DNA of 38,602 nt from Candidatus Micrarchaeota archaeon. GTDB taxonomy: Archaea; B1Sed10-29; JAJSAI01. A program made the translations under genes and the position numbers. Positions 35,601 to 38,602 of this stretch are shown one piece after another. The DNA is taken from positions 49,347 to 87,948 of the forward strand of contig CAZVAJ010000002.1 in the NCBI GenBank assembly GCA_964625085.1. The letters are read 5' to 3'. Under the pieces are notes generated by a model, which was not told where the DNA came from, made no database searches, and saw only the letters and a program-made list of their open reading frames with translations. Positions within the stretch are counted from its first letter, which is position 1. The number at the start of each line of letters is the position of its first letter.

Positions 35601-36395
35601 CCCCTTACCTGTCTTGTACTTCCAAATCAGATCACCAGTACCAGCATCCAAAGCATAAACATAATCATCCTCAGAACCGGCATAAACAACACCATCAACA
35701 ACAGCAGGAGAAGACCACCTCGCCCAACTAGAACTAGCAAGATGCATCCAAATCAAATCACCAGTACTAGCATTCAAAGCATAAAACTTACCATCCCCAG
35801 AACCAATATACACAACACCATCAACAACAGCAGGAGAAGACTTCACAAGACCACTAGTTTGGTACTTCCAAATCAAATCACCAGTGCTAGCATCCAAAGC
35901 ATAAATAAAACCACCTTCAATACCCCCCTCAGAACCAACATAAACAACACCATCAACAACAACAGGAGGAGACTCTACATCACCGTAAGTCCTATAATAA
36001 TTCCAGATTTCTTCACCAGTACTAGCATTCAAAGCATAAACATAATCACCATTAGAACCAATGTAAACAACACCATCAACAACAGCAGGAGAATTTGCAT
36101 ACTCCACAACATTATGCTTCCAGATTAATTGACCAGTACTAGCATTCAAAGCATAAACATAATCATCCTCATAACCTCCAATATACACAACACCATCAAT
36201 AACAACAGGAGAAGAACTCACATCCAAATATGGTTTAATAACATAACTCCACAGGGTCTGGTTCGTTAACGGGCCCGAACCAGTATTATGACCAGTATGA
36301 GCAGGATCATGACTGAACATAGGCCAGTTATTAGCAGCAGAAAGTCCTGTTGACAGGATAATTAATACCAAGAACAATTTACTCAAGCGTGTCAT
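32616..36395 (-). CDS. Multidomain secreted protein: PQQ/BamB-type beta-propellers, lectin-like domains, Ig/cohesin-like domain, dockerin-like C-terminus
   Basis: Signal peptide, WPMF-x-HD-x-x-HTG, eight SSPAVVDGVVY-x-GS...YAL(N/D)A-x-TG-x-x-IW blades, a second divergent propeller, WHVYRMVYDG...YYVDG (ConA-like), terminal GEISDEDVLKAIDKW...GMSDEDLLDLISRW. Confidence 0.88.
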   Translation of the reverse strand: MTRLSKLFLVLIILSTGLSAANNWPMFSHDPAHTGHNTGSGPLTNQTLWSYVIKPYLDVSSSPVVIDGVVYIGGYEDDYVYALNASTGQLIWKHNVVEYANSPAVVDGVVYIGSNGDYVYALNASTGEEIWNYYRTYGDVESPPVVVDGVVYVGSEGGIEGGFIYALDASTGDLIWKYQTSGLVKSSPAVVDGVVYIGSGDGKFYALNASTGDLIWMHLASSSWARWSSPAVVDGVVYAGSEDDYVYALDAGTGDLIWKYKTGKGVFSSSPAVVDGVVYVGSRDHNVYALNASTGKKIWNYTTGEDVVSSPAVVGSVVYVGSSDGKVYALDAGTGDVIWKYAIGYKVISSPAVVDGVLYVGSWDGKVYAIGVPSEQQGGQPEQEQPEESGGETQPSQPSQELSLELLWAKKVPKVVSGDVVVAQGKLFFTYKYDDFKRNVYAWNANTGGSLWTSKALPSVDCLAYYPEQNNLLAYGTKLYTLDLNTGAVTWAEEDSHSSGSGILIAENKAFVTTNEGILVYDLSTPKLKSLIRFSSLQSRAPEAILVHSGDKNVIVVSGVGANADSVVGFDASSETKTWQFTVSGHYATKPLSDDYGNIYFGDDSGNMYCLNAVDGSLVWKSSSGELKMSASDLDEKQVYFYSSKGGAVYAVDKVTGNLVWKTGMQSIQSLIRLENNHMIGLGIRSVILMNTEDGTIEKKYSSLEYKGKEYPLYDFVSSPVFDNNVIYVAPWDYSDVYYFYAIKIGQQEQEQEEQQEESEEKTGLPPSKFSDVCGNGRGWSIPSMSERPNSHCITVDCCNWYRRSHVHDVGALLGSGRLVVEVAPGSFKGCEDKVTVSVSSDGVGWNSVGSFEVTSKREENSWNWVKYSHSFDVSTPFRYVKVNVPHCYNDWSGVSVENAEEYSGDVQASAGEWEFYDPFDDTSNWGHGYYQTGLQVKTVDGESCLYINDDTRYDDFAMARDFPYGYNDSFTIEARAKVPYVGGSIFVAWNANARIATAWAAANGVDTSEWHVYRMVYDGETHTAQYYVDGKYLMSRKLSPRNFDTPERRIALKDKIFVMYSHLAGKMTGCLDYIAWKGEKAIPAQQQEWNASTEETSAGGKVSVFRDLPEAYRIREELEGTITIKPEEGVNGLIVYENIPLTLQVVSVFPEPSEKTVGEGFTTLKWVFFDKNGLGEKKITYALKPVEGATNEGIEGSRFSGTWKTGASFDMIQGDDHVGVLQEAGEISDEDVLKAIDKWAAGGMSDEDLLDLISRWGA
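35285..36220 (-). repeat. Eight ~120-bp tandem coding repeats (PQQ blades)
   Basis: Recurrent + strand blocks aacaccatcaacaacagcaggagaag and ccagtactagcattcaaagcataaac at about 120-nt spacing. Confidence 0.9.
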
Positions 36396-36415
36396 GGAAT
36401 AAAAAACTAAAATGT

Positions 36416-36430
36416 AGTTTATAAACGTTA
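36416..36430 (-). promoter_or_regulatory. TATA box for a leaderless transcript of the PQQ protein
   Basis: TTTATAAA (36418-36425) about 23 nt upstream of ATG 36395, no RBS. Confidence 0.55.
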
Positions 36431-36497
36431 TGGAAGGAAACTGCTCGCAAAAAAACTCCTGTAAACTGAAAAAGATGAAACAGTGGTTTTTGCCCTT

Positions 36498-38084
36498 TCA
36501 GTTCTGGTGTTCCCTGCACCACTTGCAGACTTTCAGGTGTTCTTCCATGTTGATGTTCCGCTTGTACTTCTCATCTTCTAGCTTGTGCCCTACTTTTTTC
36601 TCGTACTCTTCTGCCGGGATAGAATACTGTTCCTGTACCTTGTCCCTGTACTCGTGCGGCAGAACGTTGAACGCACAGAACGGAACTACCTTGCCATCTG
36701 GTTGTATGTAATGTATGACGCACCTTTCTACCCTGTGAACGTCGTAGTTGTAAGGGTCCATGAAATGCATCATTCCTATGAACAGGGTCTTGTAATGGAA
36801 TTCTCCAAGGGCTTTGTAGTCATGTTTCACGAGAGCGTTGAACAATAACTTTCCTAGGCTCAGGCCTTTGGGTGCTTTTTCCTTGTCTATGAAAGAGTTT
36901 AGTTTCAGCAGGAGCTTTGCGCCTGTCAGGTACTTGTTGGACCCTGACCTCATTTCTTCTGCTCTCTCGTTCAGATATTCCACAAACCCTTCAACGTCAA
37001 AGAATTCTGGGAGTGCTACCACCCTGTCACCGTCCTTGAACAGGTAGGTGGCCATTCCGCACGCAAAGTGGGACGTCATCCGGTAATGCTCCTGTTTTGT
37101 AAACGCCTCAACAAAGTTCGTGACCGCGTAGGAAGTTGGTATGGGGAAAAAGTCGTCGGGACTTATCTCCCAATCTTCTGGGGTCTGGTCCACCATGTTG
37201 TGGATTACTTCGGGTATTGTTATCCTCTGTTTTTCTCTCTCGCTGGCGGGCATTTGTCCAACCAGGGAAACGGGCTGGTAAACAACTCCCCTTACTATAT
37301 CCATGTTGTCCACTGCGAACTGAAAGATGTCACCAATCTCGTGATCGTTAACTCCCTTGATTACAGTGGGCACAAGCACTGTTCCCAAGCCTGCTTTTCT
37401 GAGGTTGTTCAGAGTAAGAGGGATTTCATAGTGGTTCTTGGGATTAGTTTTAGGGCTCACGCCATCAAAAGACATGTAAACGGTGTTCACCCCTGCTTCT
37501 CTGACCTTAACCGCGAGATCTGGGTCGAATGCAAGCTTTATTCCGTTCGTGTTCAACTGCACGTGAGTGAAACCTTCTTCCCTGGCCATCTTTATGATAT
37601 CAATGAGATCGTCCCTCATCGTAGGTTCTCCGCCAGTTATTTGAATCGCGGTAGACGGAACGGGTTTCTGTGCCCTCAGGACTCTAAACATTTCCCTTAT
37701 TTTTTCAAGTGACGGCTCGTAAACAGGGTTTCCTTTCTTCGCGTAAAAGAAACAGTACCAACAGGAAAGGTTGCACCTGTTGGTTACAACAATGTTAGCA
37801 AGATTCGTGTGAGTCTTGTGCCTCTTGCACAATCCGCACTCATGAGGGCAATTTTCTCCAGAATAGTCCACGTTCGGGTTCATTACACCCTGCCAATCGT
37901 CCACCTTGTACTGTTCTGCCCTGTGGTACATGTTTGCGTCAGACCAGTAAACATCATCAAAATCACCATGCTCAGAGCATGTTTTTTTTATCCTGACCTG
38001 TCCGTCCTTCTCGTAAACAACCGCAGGAATGACCTTGTAACACTTAGGACATGTTGAATAAGTTTTCTCTAACTCTACTTCCAT
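36498..38084 (-). CDS. tes: Radical SAM enzyme of the tetraether lipid synthase (Tes/GDGT-MAS, MJ0619) family
   Basis: N-terminal CPKC...KTCSEHG, CPHECGLC-x-x-H, rSAM CNLSCWYC, TGGEPT, NTNG, HFACG, FMDPYNYD-x-x-RVERC-x-IHY...VPFC. Confidence 0.85.
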   Translation of the reverse strand: MEVELEKTYSTCPKCYKVIPAVVYEKDGQVRIKKTCSEHGDFDDVYWSDANMYHRAEQYKVDDWQGVMNPNVDYSGENCPHECGLCKRHKTHTNLANIVVTNRCNLSCWYCFFYAKKGNPVYEPSLEKIREMFRVLRAQKPVPSTAIQITGGEPTMRDDLIDIIKMAREEGFTHVQLNTNGIKLAFDPDLAVKVREAGVNTVYMSFDGVSPKTNPKNHYEIPLTLNNLRKAGLGTVLVPTVIKGVNDHEIGDIFQFAVDNMDIVRGVVYQPVSLVGQMPASEREKQRITIPEVIHNMVDQTPEDWEISPDDFFPIPTSYAVTNFVEAFTKQEHYRMTSHFACGMATYLFKDGDRVVALPEFFDVEGFVEYLNERAEEMRSGSNKYLTGAKLLLKLNSFIDKEKAPKGLSLGKLLFNALVKHDYKALGEFHYKTLFIGMMHFMDPYNYDVHRVERCVIHYIQPDGKVVPFCAFNVLPHEYRDKVQEQYSIPAEEYEKKVGHKLEDEKYKRNINMEEHLKVCKWCREHQN

Positions 38085-38128
38085 AAACTATCCCCTACTA
38101 TAACAAGAAAAGGTTAGGAAAGGTTTTT

Positions 38129-38602
38129 TTAAATGGTTTTGTTGTTCCTGCCGCAACAGATTGTGAACAATGCCAAGGCGAACAGGAATGCTACGAGGAC
38201 TAAATCGTATCCTGGAGCGCTGACTACAGTCGTTGCAGCAGTACCACCACCGCCTGATGTTCCTCCTAATAGTATTGGGGACAGGCTAGTCACGTTAGCT
38301 TGTATGCTGTTGCCGCTTGTGTTCAGGCTTCCTGGAACCGTGACATCTTCCCAAGCGCTGCCAGTCCAGTGATACACCTTAAGCGTGTCCTCATCCACTC
38401 CCACCGCGCTGAGTTCTGCGTCAGCGTAGTATAGGGTTATCACTGCCCCTCCTCCACCGGCGTTGGACACGTCAAAATACTTGACTCCTGTAGCAGGGAG
38501 TGTCAGACCCCATGGATTGCCCGAGTATTGGGCGACTGATGCGGTTCCTGAAGCCGTAAAATTAACTATTATCTGGCCGGTTATGTTGAGAGTCTCATTA
38601 GC
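38129..38602 (-). CDS. C-terminal part of a surface protein with PGF-CTERM-like anchor (runs off window end)
   Basis: Frame is open from 38602 (ANETLNITGQ...KYFDVSNAGGGG...VDEDTLKVYHWTGSAWEDV...); Gly/Thr linker; APGYDLVLVAFLFALALF plus a polar/basic tail. Confidence 0.8.
   Translation of the reverse strand, partial: ANETLNITGQIIVNFTASGTASVAQYSGNPWGLTLPATGVKYFDVSNAGGGGAVITLYYADAELSAVGVDEDTLKVYHWTGSAWEDVTVPGSLNTSGNSIQANVTSLSPILLGGTSGGGGTAATTVVSAPGYDLVLVAFLFALALFTICCGRNNKTI

Noticed and set aside
35247..36128. 293-aa + strand ORF with Asn/Ile/Arg repeats
   Set aside because: Antisense shadow of the PQQ repeats; its lack of stops follows from the T-ending codon bias on the coding strand.
35285..36220. 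Regularly spaced repeats resembling a CRISPR array or DGR template
   Set aside because: Repeats are in-frame protein blades with a ~120-bp period and homologous 'spacers'. There are no cas or reverse-transcriptase genes and no adenine-specific TR/VR pair.

Overview
Archaeal chromosomal segment. Evidence: Taw3/Tyw3, aPelota, ABCE1, archaeal ApgM, class III signal peptides, BRE-TATA promoters and GGAGG/GGTGA ribosome-binding sites. The compact overlapping genes and gene mix suggest a DPANN-type or otherwise uncultured lineage, but that is inference. The centre of the window (6039-31338, minus strand) is a large Epd-type (EppA-dependent) type IV pilus locus. It holds a CpaF/TadA ATPase, two TadB/C-like platform proteins, an EppA-like prepilin peptidase and 11-12 class III prepilins. 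Two of the prepilins are micro-pilins missed by the ORF track, and one is fused behind a DUF2101-like membrane protein. The locus also carries two giant putative adhesins and an unusual basic repeat protein. Through near-continuous stop/start overlaps the same gene chain ends in a membrane-anchored OB-fold-like protein, a TctA/DUF112 membrane protein and a JAB/MPN protein. This makes the locus a candidate integrated archaeal DNA-uptake/adhesion machine. The left flank carries translation and metabolism genes. The right flank has a PQQ-propeller surface protein with a dockerin-like tail next to a membrane-anchored protein sharing its Ig/cohesin-like domain, a tetraether-synthase-type radical SAM enzyme, and a truncated PGF-CTERM-like surface protein. 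I saw no rRNA, tRNA, CRISPR array or mobile element.
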